DNA of 63,982 nucleotides, filler included, from Bigelowiella natans CCMP2755 (Eukaryota > Protista > Cercozoa): the NCBI GenBank assembly GCA_000320545.1. It is 4 parts of 4 records of this genome, joined end to end, with 100 filler letters (N's around TTAATTAATTAA, not from the genome) between each part and the next. Parts side by side here need not be neighbours in the genome. Positions count along the whole stretch, not along the records: positions 1 to 30,843 come from ADNK01003435.1; positions 30,944 to 61,544 come from ADNK01002209.1; 2 more parts are not named here. The stretch is one strand, 5' to 3'. Positions within the stretch are counted from its first letter, which is position 1, and the number at the start of each line of letters is the position of its first letter. The position numbers were made by a program, and so were the translations under genes. The notes under the pieces are model-generated. The model worked only from the letters and a program-made list of their open reading frames with translations, made no database searches and had not been told where the DNA came from. Shown in pieces: positions 28,292-40,704 of this stretch.

Positions 28292-28695
28292 AGGGAAACA
28301 TGCAAGTGCGACAACATCGATCCCCACTCATCTGTACCACAAACACCATGGGAACATGCAAGTGCGACAACATCGATCCCCACTCATCTGTATCACAAAC
28401 ACCATGGGAACATGCAAGTGCGACAACATCGATCCCCACTCATCTGTATCACAAACACCATGGGAACATGCAAGTGCGACAACATCGATCCCCACTCATC
28501 TGTATCACAAACACCATGGGAACATGCAAGTGCGACAACATCGATCCCACTCATCTTTGCCACAAACACGATGATCACAAAGTAGACGGGAAACATGCAA
28601 GTACGACAAATCCTACTCGTACAAAAAACACGATGATGTCCAACGTAGGAGGAAAATGTGCAAGTGCGACAACCTCATTTCAAGTCGCACATGTG
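28292..28695. repeat. 56-bp minisatellite, ~5 near-identical units plus 2 degenerate units
   Basis: Unit GGGAACATGCAAGTGCGACAACATCGATCCCCACTCATCTGTATCACAAACACCAT. The ATGCAAGTGCG core recurs at 28300, 28356, 28412, 28468 and 28524, with diverged copies near 28595 and 28660. Confidence 0.95.
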
Positions 28696-29536
28696 CTGCT
28701 GCTGCTGTTTGAGATACACTTACAAGAGAATTTTCCGACGATGGATGGATCCACTTGCCATGCACTAGCTCCTCCTTGTGCACTGCTGTGATGTTGTCTA
28801 CCTCGAACGGCCATGTAGCGGAAGTGAATAGGAAAATCAAACCTGCCATGCAACAAAGATCTAATGGCCAATTCACTTGTGATGCAGCAGTCATGCAGCC
28901 AGTCTGAGCCGCAGTCTAGCAGTGGTCGAGTGTTTTGCAGCTCCCTAGCGCCGCATCGCAACACAAACACTTGTTTTGATCATGCCACTTGCATGACGCA
29001 CGTGCATGTGACTAGATGAGACGGATGTAATCATTTAAATCAAATTTGCTCAATGGTTGTCCTCATGTAGCTGTCACAATGCAGCGGCTATCTATGTGAC
29101 ATGTGTGATGCACATGACGTGTGCTTTGTCCAAACAGTCATCTAGTCATGGGCATGCAGTGCGCCGATCTTCATCTTCTAAACGCCTGTGCTTGCGCGCA
29201 TACTAGATGCTGGGCAGCCTTGACGAATGTATCATCGACGGCAAACGGAGTGTTTATTCGCTGATGAGGCATGGATGTCGCCAATTGAAGTGCTGTTTCT
29301 TGCATGGCATCGCTAGATCGGTTTGCATCGCTGACTTGCGTGCGATCAACAATGATCACAATCAATGCGCATGCACATTCTGAGCACGAGTTGCTATCAC
29401 ATTTATGCTACCCCATGCTAGCATGACAAATCCATGCAAAAATTACATGTCATACATAGACTTAATGTCGTGCGTACGCTACATAGACTTAATGTCTCTA
29501 TAGTCACATCATCATTGTTATATGGTCAATAAAGTT

Positions 29537-29754
29537 TCATGACATCGGTAGCGATTTAACGTCTTGCACAAGCGTTCTATGATCTTCAAAAACTGACCAT
29601 TTCTCCCTTTCGATTTTACTGAAAATGTTTTCCCAATGATTCTCATCCCTGATTTTTACATTTCACGCATACACACGCACGCACGCACACGTAACACACA
29701 CGAACGTTTGTACTGAAAATAAACATGTATTTTCGTATGTTAAGTATCGTGCAC

Positions 29755-29791
<37 letters not shown>

Positions 29792-29802
29792 TAAATGAAG
29801 TA

Positions 29803-29844
<42 letters not shown>

Positions 29845-30154
29845 TTATATAAATGCTAAAATATGTACGTGTGTTCGATGCGTCTTGATAAACTGACAAG
29901 ACAGATGTGAGGAATTTTCGTACCTTAAATCGCCCTCTACCCTCCGTATGTACACTCTATCAACTACGTAAAATATGACAGACAGGAGAAGTTACTAGGT
30001 GGCCTACCGAGGACAATATCTAGATAGACGATAAAACTAGTGCTACTTAATTACTACCATTTAACTGACGCCAGTGAACCATATATGTATGTATGTATGT
30101 ATGTACATGTGTACGTATGTGTGTATTCTCATTGTATGGGAGTATTACTGCTGC

Positions 30155-30193
<39 letters not shown>

Positions 30194-30653
30194 TATCGAT
30201 AGATAGATCGATCCTCACAATAACACTAGTTTCAATGACGTCAGCATTTATAAGTATTGAGGGATCTACACCACCTTCTTCTACTACTTCACTTCTCACT
30301 CATTCCTTCATTACTATTCTTTAAACCTACCAACCCACTACTACTTACCACCTTGATTTGGAAATTTTTGAGCAATATCAGCATATATTAGAGGGTCTTT
30401 TTCCCCTGAATCTCCAACCTGTTGTATATTTGTATTTATATACGTTTATATATGGAACAGTGAGACTAAAATAATGAGGCCAAAACCGTGTGAATCCTGA
30501 CCACCTTATAATCTATTTTGTAATCTCATAATTTGGTATAGTATCAATCACATTGTCATTATTCTGTGCGTGATGTGGTTGAAACAGGCTACATAATAAT
30601 ACCAGAATAAACTTTCTCTCTGGAAACGTTTGGAGGAGACTGTACACTGTATC
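29537..30653 (-). CDS. 3' part of an App1-family phosphatidate phosphatase (DUF2183-type); 5' part lost at the gap
   Basis: Spliced exons DTVYSLLQTFPERKFIL|VGDSGEKDPLIYADIAQKFPNQ|VDRVYIRRVEGDLR|DENHWENIFSKIEREKWSVFEDH...* match the App1 C-terminal motif FP.RKFIL(V/I)GDSGE.DP.IY...A..FP. Confidence 0.75.
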
Positions 30654-30843
30654 CTGTCGAATTTCAGAGTACGTGGTGTTATTATTTATTATTGTGGAGG
30701 TAATTCTTATTCTTATTAGTATCATTCATCGTCGTTATAATTGTTGCTAATATATTGAGGTAGAAGTGGCGGTGGTAGCAACCATTATGAAGGAAAAAAA
30801 GAAGCAGCAGCAGAAACGCGTTTAAAATATGGCAAACACGCCG

Positions 30844-30943
30844 NNNNNNNNNNNNNNNNNNNNNNNNNNNNNNNNNNNNNNNNNNNNTTAATTAATTAAN
30901 NNNNNNNNNNNNNNNNNNNNNNNNNNNNNNNNNNNNNNNNNNN
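30844..30943. other. Assembly gap with artificial TTAATTAATTAA linker
   Basis: 100-nt N block with a central TTAATTAATTAA (stops in all six frames), same construction as the other two gaps. Confidence 0.97.
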
Positions 30944-31345
30944 TAACAACAACAACAACAACAACAACAACACATCATCAACATCCTTCTCATCACCACA
31001 AACAAAGACTGGTAATTTAGGTCAAGAAAAGAAAGGACAGCAATTGCCTACTACGCTACTACTCCGTTTCGTTTTTCCTTCCTCCTCCTCCTCCTCCTCC
31101 TCCTCCTCCTCCTCCTCCTCCTGCTCCCTGTCTCACTTTTGTTGTTACTGGAATTTAGTAGCGTTTCTAGTCATCATCATCATGATGATATCATTCTGAC
31201 ATAATCATTCTGCAAGCTCCTATCCAGTGATCTGCTTTTACCACCCTCACTTTTATTACCACTACTATGCTTACTACTATGGCTTGTCGTTGAAGTAAGA
31301 TTATCATTGGTCGAAGTCACCATTATGATCATTCGCCGTTATTAC

Positions 31346-32467
31346 CTGGCGCAATCCTAGGTAGTCTGAATTATTCAGTAGAGCCTAATAGTAGTAGTGG
31401 TTGGGTTGCAGTAGTAGTGATGATGATGACGATGGTGATGATGTTGCTTCCAGTAATATGGTGTATACATGAATTATACGTCATAATAAAGAAGGGAGAA
31501 TAATAATAACAATAAGAGCTTAGATGAAGGAAAGCCATACTCTTCTTCCTCCTCCTCCTCCTCCTCCCTCCTCTTCCCACTACCTCATTATTGGTCCCGA
31601 CGTCAATCACGCAAGGAAGCACTCGCCCTGAAGATCATGATCATCATTACGATCATGATACCACATGTACTAGTGTGGGAAGAAGGTGCTGCTTCATCAT
31701 CATCACCACCATCATCAGAGAACAATCCATGTGCAGTTTCGAAAGGAAAGGAGAGGACGACGTATACATTAACAGCTGTAATTTTTATTATTATTATTAT
31801 TAGGATTATTATTATTATTTTCTTCTCCTCCTCCTCCTACTACACTCAATACTGGTACTGTTATACCTGGGTGAAATCCCGCTGCTCCGACGTAGAGGTC
31901 AAGCTTTCCAATGCTAATGTTCAGGCCACCTGGTATTACATAGGTAGGGTACTGATTTCCTCCGTAATCCTCCTCTTCCTCCTCCTCCTCCTACTACTAC
32001 TACAACAACCACGATAATACCTATGCCAAGATCTCCAAGTCCTAGTATTCTACTTCTGTATAAGTAGTAGTAGTAGAGAATTGTATTTGAGTCTAGTTAT
32101 TACACAACATCATAATATGCTACTATTTAATATGTTTCACAATGTGAGCTGCTGCTGCTGCTGATTCAGCAGTAGTTAGTAGCACTATTCGAATAGAGTT
32201 TTGAGTATGTGTAATCACTGTATCGACTCCTACTATAATTGATAAGGAGAAAGCAGAAGAAGAGAAATACAGAAAGAGCCAATGTTCTTTACATATAGTC
32301 ACCACCCGTCCGTGACGACGATCGCATCGACGTCATCGCACACCCAATTGTACACCCTGTGTGTAAGTGTGTGAGTGTGTGTAAGTTCGTGGCTGGATTT
32401 AATGTCCAGAGAGCATTGATTGTTACAAGGAAAAAAATCCCAATGTATTGATAGCAGCAGGTCGTAG

Positions 32468-32521
<54 letters not shown>

Positions 32522-33302
32522 TATAAACTACAAATAGTGAAGATACATAAAGAAATAAAGAAGAAGGGCAGAATTACTATCAGTAGGAAAGAAACAGCAG
32601 AATAATAAGTGGCAGTAACAGCTACGATGTGGAGAAGTTCAAAATACAACATCATATATTCATCGATGGAGAGTCTATGGTTTGATTGTGAGAAGAAGGT
32701 GAATTAACTACTAATTACATCGTATCCATTTGGCCCTTATCGTTGGCAGAAAAATACATTCCCCTTGGAAGCAACACGCAACAATACAATACATGCAATC
32801 AATGTAAGAGGTAGATCACGATAAATGATGATGATGATGATGATGATGTGATATAGATGGTGATAATAGTAATGACGATGAAATTGCCAAAACAGTGATA
32901 TACCCTCACTTAAGTGTTTCCATGTTTGTGTGTATAGTTTAAAACAGTGATAATCGATTTGAACCAAGGCTGCTTACACCGATGTTTGTGTTGTGTGCGT
33001 GTTGCGGCGATGTTGGGTAGGTCGAAAAGAGATTTTGTTTTCTTCCAAAAATTTATCATATAAAAACAAACAACAGAGCATACTGATGATATGCTATTGT
33101 CGCTGTGTTGCTGGGGAGAAATTTATGTCAATGTGATTCAGGAGAGAAGTTAGTGCTATAGTAGAAGTAGTACCTCGGCCTTTGATAGTTTGCAGCATAG
33201 TTTGCACAAGCCCACCCAACCTTAGTAGTAGTACACAATGATATGTAGTATGACGATGATGACGATGATAATGAGTGATAATAGTAAAAACTTAAGAAGA
33301 CA

Positions 33303-33333
<31 letters not shown>

Positions 33334-33464
33334 GTAGTGAGTTGAATAAATAGGTATTACAGTGGGAGTGTATATTATTGGTGCCATCTCCATGAAGTTC
33401 TCGACCTAATATGAAATTATTTGCTCAATAATGCTTAAACGTAACGTAGGTAATGACGGCAATA

Positions 33465-33504
<40 letters not shown>

Positions 33505-34266
33505 TTAGACAAGACGAACTTAGATTATTACCAACAAATGATAGTACAGAGCTTCATTTCGATCCTAACGTAACGACGACAACGACGACGTGGGGGCAAA
33601 ATTCATCGGTTTATTGAGATATGAGCAGGAATAAGTACCACCATCAGAAGAGCATGGCAATATTCTACTGCATACCTTGAGGGCCGAGAGGTACTTGTAC
33701 TTGCGAACCTATCATAGCGAAGTTAACAGAAATAGCAATAATAATAATAAGAAGAAGAAATAGGAGATATTCAGGATGAGGTATAAGAGACGCTAGTACT
33801 CAACTTCAATCTGCTGCTGTGTGAATAAAGCATATGAACTAGTGCATACATATGCTGCTGCAAAACGGAGAAGACGAAATGGAGTGAGTGGATGATGACC
33901 TGTTCAGGAGTAACACCCTCCGCCTTTGTTGGCTCTTTTAGGCCTTCATGATATCTACCCATTGTAATCAATTAGGCGACGGCAACGACGTATGGGAAGA
34001 AGAAGAAAAAGAAGCAACCTCTTACAATATCGAATTATAAATAACAACAATGCAACTAAAGACTGTTTTCGTTTGAATTCTGTAGCAACATTATCAATGT
34101 AAAAGAATGTCATTTCTATCTCTATGTCATTGATTATTTGTAGTGCTAGCTGTTACATTTTAAGTGCCCTATCAGTTTGTGTTTTAAGATCCTTCGGTGA
34201 AGAAGAGGGGCATAGATTGGTGGGTTAGATATTAATTAGCACCAAAATCAAGACACTCATAGTCTC

Positions 34267-34305
<39 letters not shown>

Positions 34306-34863
34306 CGCCCCTGCTCCTCTCTCGTTGGTCCACGTATTGAAGGTCACTTTTGATAAAGATAGTGATTACAACAATCAAAGTTTACGCCTTATAAGTTGGT
34401 GACTACAGTATCAATTATAGACCAATATACGATCACCTTTATACAAGGAGGAAGTAGCCCATGTACGCCTGTGCAAAGGGAAATTAAAATAAATAAGGGT
34501 TGGGGGACGTTCAAATTTCTGATATTTCGGAGGGTGTGTTCACCAAGGCGTCGACGCTCTTCAAGAGTAAATCCAGTTCCTTTGTTGAAAACCTATAAAT
34601 GATAACAATTAAAGAAGAGGATAGGGTATAGTAGTAATAATAATCTCTGAGCAGAAAATGTCGTATGCTATCACAATTTGGTGGTGGGGTGAATGAGTAT
34701 TTTTTCGTTTGCAAGCATGTATTCATGTTGTGTGTGTTTGTTTAAATCACTCTTTAATCATCTAGCAAAGTATCTCTTTCTTTATAATAGAATTTGCTAA
34801 AATCTTTTGTCACAACATATCTTTTAGAACTACGATGTTGTGGCACACACATACACACACACA

Positions 34864-34901
<38 letters not shown>

Positions 34902-35312
34902 TATAAACATATGTATACTAATTGGGAGATCTTTATGCTTTACAGGATCGCTGAGCAAGTCCCGATTCCTCTTGTGAGCGATTGAAACTGTCTTTTGAAA
35001 CACTGGCTGGTAAGGTACGTTGTATCCTGGAGATGAGGAGTAGTCTGCTTGCGGAAACCGTGACATCGATTCACCAAATTGATTAATTGTGCTCAAACTC
35101 TTTCGCAAAAGCAACGAGGACGTCAAAGCCCTTCCTTTGCGCCATCCCTAATGTAATAGCAAGCAAACCAATCACTGATACGATTCTTCCTATTATTTCT
35201 CTACTCATATTTTTCCAGAAGGTCTGGATCAGACGGTTATTTGATGAGACTATCACGCTTCTTTAAGGACCTGAAGGGTTCGCGCTGCACGCGTGCTTCT
35301 TTGCGCCATCAT
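31346..35312 (-). CDS. Malic enzyme, N-terminal half, split into many micro-exons; C-terminal half missing at the gap; possible mitochondrial leader
   Basis: Exons read DLLSDP|VFNKGTGFTLEERRRL|GVHGLLPPCIK ... DRNEALYYHLL|VENFMEMAPIIYTPT|VGWACANY...RPR|GMYFS...|DAIVVTDG|SRILGLGDLGI|GGLNISIGKLDLYVGAAGFHP|GRVLPCVIDVGTNNE|ALLNNSDYLGLRQ, all canonical malic enzyme motifs. Start MMAQRSTRAAR at 35312 is tentative. Confidence 0.92.
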
Positions 35313-36074
35313 GGCGAAGGGAATCTGATTCGGATATGTCGGCCCGACCGTTGCAACGGGAGTCGCGAGCACTTCTCTTCCGCAAAAGCTGGAAATGATA
35401 ATAATATCTGGTACTCACACGGAGAAGAAAGTCTTGTCGCAGACATAAAAACATATGCATTTTGAAACATTCATTTTGTGTTTATTTTCAAAAAAGATGA
35501 AGGGAAAACCCGACTTCTCACATTCAGCATGCAGATTTTTGTCGGCTTAAAAAAGGGATGCAGGGGATTTTTCCAGAACATTCTCTCGGCTTTGAGACGT
35601 CGGCCTCAGAAAGGGTTAGCTACGTGTCCTCTATGTCAAATAGGAAAATGTATGGATTTTTTACCTTGCGTCAACTCTTTTTTGTGACCTGTCTGCAGCC
35701 CTACCAAACCCCCCAAAAATTTGGGTAGGGCATTTGTTCACTTTGTCACTGCGTCAACAGTGAATTTAGGAGAAAATCCTTTGATTACATTGCAAAATGT
35801 AGTAGATGTGCATCCTGCGACAACAATGGCAAACTTTGGAGACTTCGCGCACTGTGACCCTGCCTTTTGTTTCGTTGTTCGCATCACACACAATCGAAAA
35901 GTACGACCCCCTTTTCCACCTGTTCACTTGAATTCCAAGGTACTAAATACATCACTGCTTGAATAGTGCTGTACCATATGTCATGATGGAGTATAATGCT
36001 TTCGAAAGCTTTGAGAGAGCTCAATTTAAACCTAACCCACGTATCTAATCAAATTCTGTCGACGTCGTCAACAG

Positions 36075-38149
36075 ATGTCATCCAGCTCTCCCGCCGCTGG
36101 CAAGAAAGTCCTTCTTTTTGGAGTTGGACTTTCAACCCCACCGATGATCCACTACCTTACATCCTTTGGGATTAAGGTAACGGCATGCGCAAGGAATCCG
36201 AAGAAGATTCAAAAGGTTTGACAACTGCTGTTCATGCTCTGGAATGTGCGAGGAGTAGTCGATTTTTGAAATATCTTTCAGAGGATATTGAGGAAACGTA
36301 CCGTCTTTCATCCTGTAGTGGAGATTTATTTATGTGTGGTACTGTGAGGGCGCGTTTGGAGGGGGGGGGGGGGGGGGGGTATTGCACCATACATGTGGCA
36401 TTTTTAAAAGATCCAGTGTCCCTCATTGTCTCATCTCCAGGTTCTCGATGAAGTAAAGGATCAGAAATTGGTGAATTCGGAAGTCTTTGACATCTCATCC
36501 TCTGATTATGAGAAGCGTCTGGATGAACTTTGCCCTTCATGCGATATCATGGTCTCCATGATGCCTCCGCCATGTCACCCAAAGGTGATAGCACTGTTTT
36601 GCCGCGGCGTTTTTTCTTAGAAAGACGATTAGAGTAGGTAAGAAGATTTCGGTATCTTGGAGTAGGCAGAGTTTTGTTGGAAAAACACAGGATTCATATA
36701 CTATTAAATTTCAACAGATTGCTGCTGCCGCATTGAAGCATGGAAAGCACTTTTTCACTTCCTCTTATGTGTCAGAAGCTATGGAGAAGGTAAAGAAATA
36801 TGCAGTTGTAAATTTATCAACGCAATAACGACTGACATATTTCTTGTCTCCGCCTTTGCTTTTTATATTGCTGTTCTGTTTTGCTCTCGCATGAAACCTG
36901 CCCTGCTGCTCCGCTTCCCACAGCTTTCTCCGGAGTTTGAGAAGAAGGGATTACTTTCAATCAATGAGTGTGGAGTTGATCCAGGGCTTGACCACATGTC
37001 TGCAATGAAAGTCATCGATCACGTTCACAAGGAAGGAGGCAAGGTTCTTGGTTTCTTCTCGGTTTGCGGTGGTCTCCCTGGTACTACCTTTCCCCATACA
37101 TGCGCGCAAGCACACACAAACACACACACAAAGGAAAGGGGGGGGGGGGGGAGAGCTCACGCATGCAAGTGCGATTGATGTGGGACATATCATAAGATGA
37201 ACTATGTAATACTATTACAATGGATGAACCCATCACGAAAAAACAGAATTTCGAAAGTAGGGGAGAGCAGCAAAAAATAGGGAAAGAGAGGAGTGAAGCA
37301 GCCGTTTACTACTTGGAGGGCATTGTCTGTATGTCCTTCGAGAATTAAGGTTTGCAAGAGTACATCGCACCCCTTAAGGACAGGGCCGCTTCGGTTCTTA
37401 TTCCGTTTCTAGGCCGTGGGGATTGGTTGCGAACATTTAGGCAACATAAAACAATTTTTGATATTGTTACAAACAGTGTATATTGGTCCTAGTTAGTTTG
37501 TTGATGATGATTGTGATATTGGTGTTTCAACGCACAGCTCCCGAGTGCAACAACCCATTTGGTGGAGGATACAAGGTGCTGCTCTGCTACTGCTGCTGCT
37601 GTTTTTGTCCAACTTCTTCTCTTAAATGGTTCGCACACTCAGGCCATAATAATGTGGTGTATTGCTGTCATCATCATCATCATCATCATCATCATCACCA
37701 CCATCATATTGCTTGCTGCACGAAATTTTCGTAGGTCTCTTGGACTCCATACGGAGTTTTGTCAGCTGGGACTAATAATGCCATCTTCAAGTTTCAGGGA
37801 AAGAAAGTGGCTAAGCCTGGTTATCATCAATCGTTCTTTATCCTTATCGATGTATATGTTGTGAAGATGTATGTATATATGTATATTGTCACAAAGCGGC
37901 TAAGAGAGACTAGCATACTAATATTTGTAGTATTCCTTTCTTCTTCTTCTTCTTCTTCTTCTTCTTCTTCTTCTTCACATTCTTCCTGCAGCCTCCGCAA
38001 ACATTAACAACCACCTCTGGAACTTATTAGGTACTGAAATTTATGATCCTCCTGAGTTGAAGCACGTGATCGAAGTCAAGGGAAAGCCAACAACATTCGA
38101 ATGGTACATTTAATTCCATCTGCACCGAATATCGGATTTATGTGTACGA

Positions 38150-38192
<43 letters not shown>

Positions 38193-40704
38193 AATGTACA
38201 TAAATATTTTCAATCCATGAGAGAGCGAGAAGCTCCCTATCATTGTTTTTTTAAGCATGGTCGTTATGGTATGATGATCATCAGGTACCCAAACCGTGAC
38301 TCGACTCCTTACATCAAGCATTATGGCATGCCAGAGTGCCAATCGATCATCCGTGGGACTTACCGCAACAACGGATGGTGCAACACTCTGAGGGCTATTG
38401 CTCTTCTCGGTCTCAACGATAAGGAAGAGTCAAAGGTGCTATCTATCTATCTATCTATCTATCTTTTTGGATAGGGCAAGGGAGGGGAAGAGAATAAGAA
38501 CAAGTTGTAGTAATTGGATATTATCAGTACCCACCACACCTTCAGTATTAACATGTAACAACTGATACTGGATCCAGGAGGATTTGGGGAAAATGACATA
38601 CCTTGAGGCTGCTACATACATCTTCAACTCTCGCAGCGAAGAAAAGATCCCAAAAGGTTAGTTGCTGCTAAGAATTGTTTGTTTCTTCTCTTCTTCTGCT
38701 GCTGCTGCTTTAAGCAATACTTGTGGGGTGTATACAGCGGTCCCCCCCCCCCCCCCCCCCCTTTTTTTTTCTTCTGTTGACTAAAACTTTCACTATTGGG
38801 TGGGTAGAAATTGTAGTCAGTACTGTAGCAGTACCACTATCACCACCAGCAGCAGCAGCAGCAGCAGTGGTAGTTGTAGGCGGCATAGGAGTGAACTTGC
38901 GGAAGTTCTTTAAAGATCAACAGAAAGAAGACTGATGAATATTTCTTTATATTTAAGGAGCTTCTGCTGATGATGTTAAGAAAGCTTACGCTAAATTCCT
39001 CAAAAAGGACGTGAGTGACAAAGCAATCACAGACCTGGAATGGGTGGGACAGTTCTCCACAGACAAGATTCCAGAAGGTGCTATTTTGTACTTGTGAATC
39101 ACCTTTAGCACCAGCGAAACTTCTGCTCACTTCTCTCTCCCGATCTCTCACCCATCATCCACACTAATGCCACGCGAAGTAGCCAACATCATCATCATCA
39201 TCATCATAATTTTTATTACAGCGCACAAACTTTACTACTCACATCAGGCACTAAGGCTCCAATTGACATGATGTGTCACCTCTGGACAAGCAAGATGCAA
39301 TATGGTGAAGACGAGAAAGACATGATTGTCATGCAGCACCTTTTCGAGGTTGAATACAAAAACGGAGCACGCGAGGAGCTGACCTCAACGCTGATCCACT
39401 TCGGCCTGGGAAAGTACCACTACATTCCTTCAAAATTTACTGCTATGGCACGCACGGTCTCCCTTCCTCTAGCATGCGCTATCCGTATGAAACTGGAAGG
39501 AAGGATAAACAAGACAGGCGTGATCCGCCCTGTTGATGCTGACGTCTACGAACCCATTCTTGAGGAAGTAGCTAAGTTGTCCCCGGCTATCGAATTCAAG
39601 GAGGCAGCGCTTAAGCCTCAGATCTGGCTTAGGCATGAGGTAAAGCCTGGCGAGGAACGTTGCGCTCTCACCCCGGAAACCGCCAAGGAGCTCCTCGATG
39701 CTGGATTCAGGGTTACAGTTGAAAAGTCTCCAACTCGTTGCATCTCCATTGAGGAATATGAGAAAGTTGGATGCAATATTGCAGAGTCTTCATCTTGGCC
39801 CTCCGCTCCATACCCTAGCATAATTCTAGGACTTAAAGAACTGCCTGAGGATGACAGCGACCTTATCCATCGTCATATTCTCTTTGCCCACTGCTACAAG
39901 GAACAGGCTGGATGGAAAGAACTCCTTGCACGCTTTAAGAAAGGTGGTGGCACCCTGTACGACCTTGAGTTCTTGAAGCTCAATGGACGACGTGTGGCTG
40001 CCTTCGGTCGTCCTGCTGGTATGGCTGGAATGGCACTTGGACTCTGGCAATGGGCAATGCAGAAGCTTGGTAAGCCCGCGATCAAGGATCTATCGTCGTG
40101 GAAATCCAAGGAAGCGATGTGCGAAACCGTTCGTTCTGCACTGAAGGAAGTGGAGGAGAAAAAGGGTGGGTTGAAGCCCTCGGCGCTCATCATTGGTGCT
40201 CTAGGAAGGTGCGGGAAGGGTGCCACTTGGGTCGCAGAGCAATGCGGTGTAACACCCATCAAATGGGATATGCAGGAAACCAAAGGAGGGGGACCCTTCA
40301 AGGCACTGTTGGATGTGGATGTTCTTGTGAACTGTATTTACCTAACCTCCAAGATACCGTCATTCCTTACTAAGGAGATGATCACCCCCCCCGGGCGTAA
40401 ACTGTCGGTTTTTGTCGATGTTAGCTGCGATACCTCTAACCCGAACAACCCTTTCCCAATCTACAACCAGGGAACAACTCTGACGGCTCCAATTCTCTCA
40501 GTTGGCGACGAAAAGGCGCCTCTTGATGTCGTTGCGATCGATCATCTTCCATCTCTAATTCCTCTTGAAAGCTCTATTAACTACTCGAAAGATCTCATAC
40601 CTTACATCAAAGAGCTGATTGAGAAGGACGCCTTCTTTACCAAGCCTGTGTGGAAGGATGCTGGAGATCTTTACCTATCCAAGCTCAAGGAGGCTGGCCT
40701 CTAA
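36075..40704 (+). CDS. Bifunctional fusion: N-terminal saccharopine reductase (Lys9-type, glutamate-forming) plus C-terminal saccharopine dehydrogenase (Lys1-type, lysine-forming)
   Basis: Lys9 motifs across ~10 exons: KKVLLFGVG, TSSYVS, NECGVDPGLDHMSAMKVID, SVCGGLP|APE, YK|VSWTPYGVL, YPNRDS, RGTYR, DMIVMQH, AMARTVSLP. In ORF 39268-40704 the same frame continues without a stop into Lys1 motifs: IWLRHEVKPGEERCALTP, GLKELP, FAHCYKEQAGW, LYDLEFL, RRVAAFG, IIGALGRCGKGA, DVSCD, IDHLPSL. Confidence 0.92.

Noticed and set aside
28292-28695. CRISPR-like look of the 56-bp array and its ORFs (28267-28791 etc.)
   Set aside because: Units are contiguous and nearly identical with no unique spacers and no cas genes, in a eukaryotic context. 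The ORFs just cycle through the frames of the repeat.
30888-30899. TTAATTAATTAA palindrome recurring three times
   Set aside because: Always centred in a 100-nt N block; a scaffolding or concatenation linker, not biology.
29537-35312. Apparent malic enzyme-App1 phosphatase fusion on the minus strand
   Set aside because: The halves are separated by an artificial gap, and the missing malic enzyme C-terminus plus App1 N-terminus cannot fit in 100 nt. These are two truncated genes.
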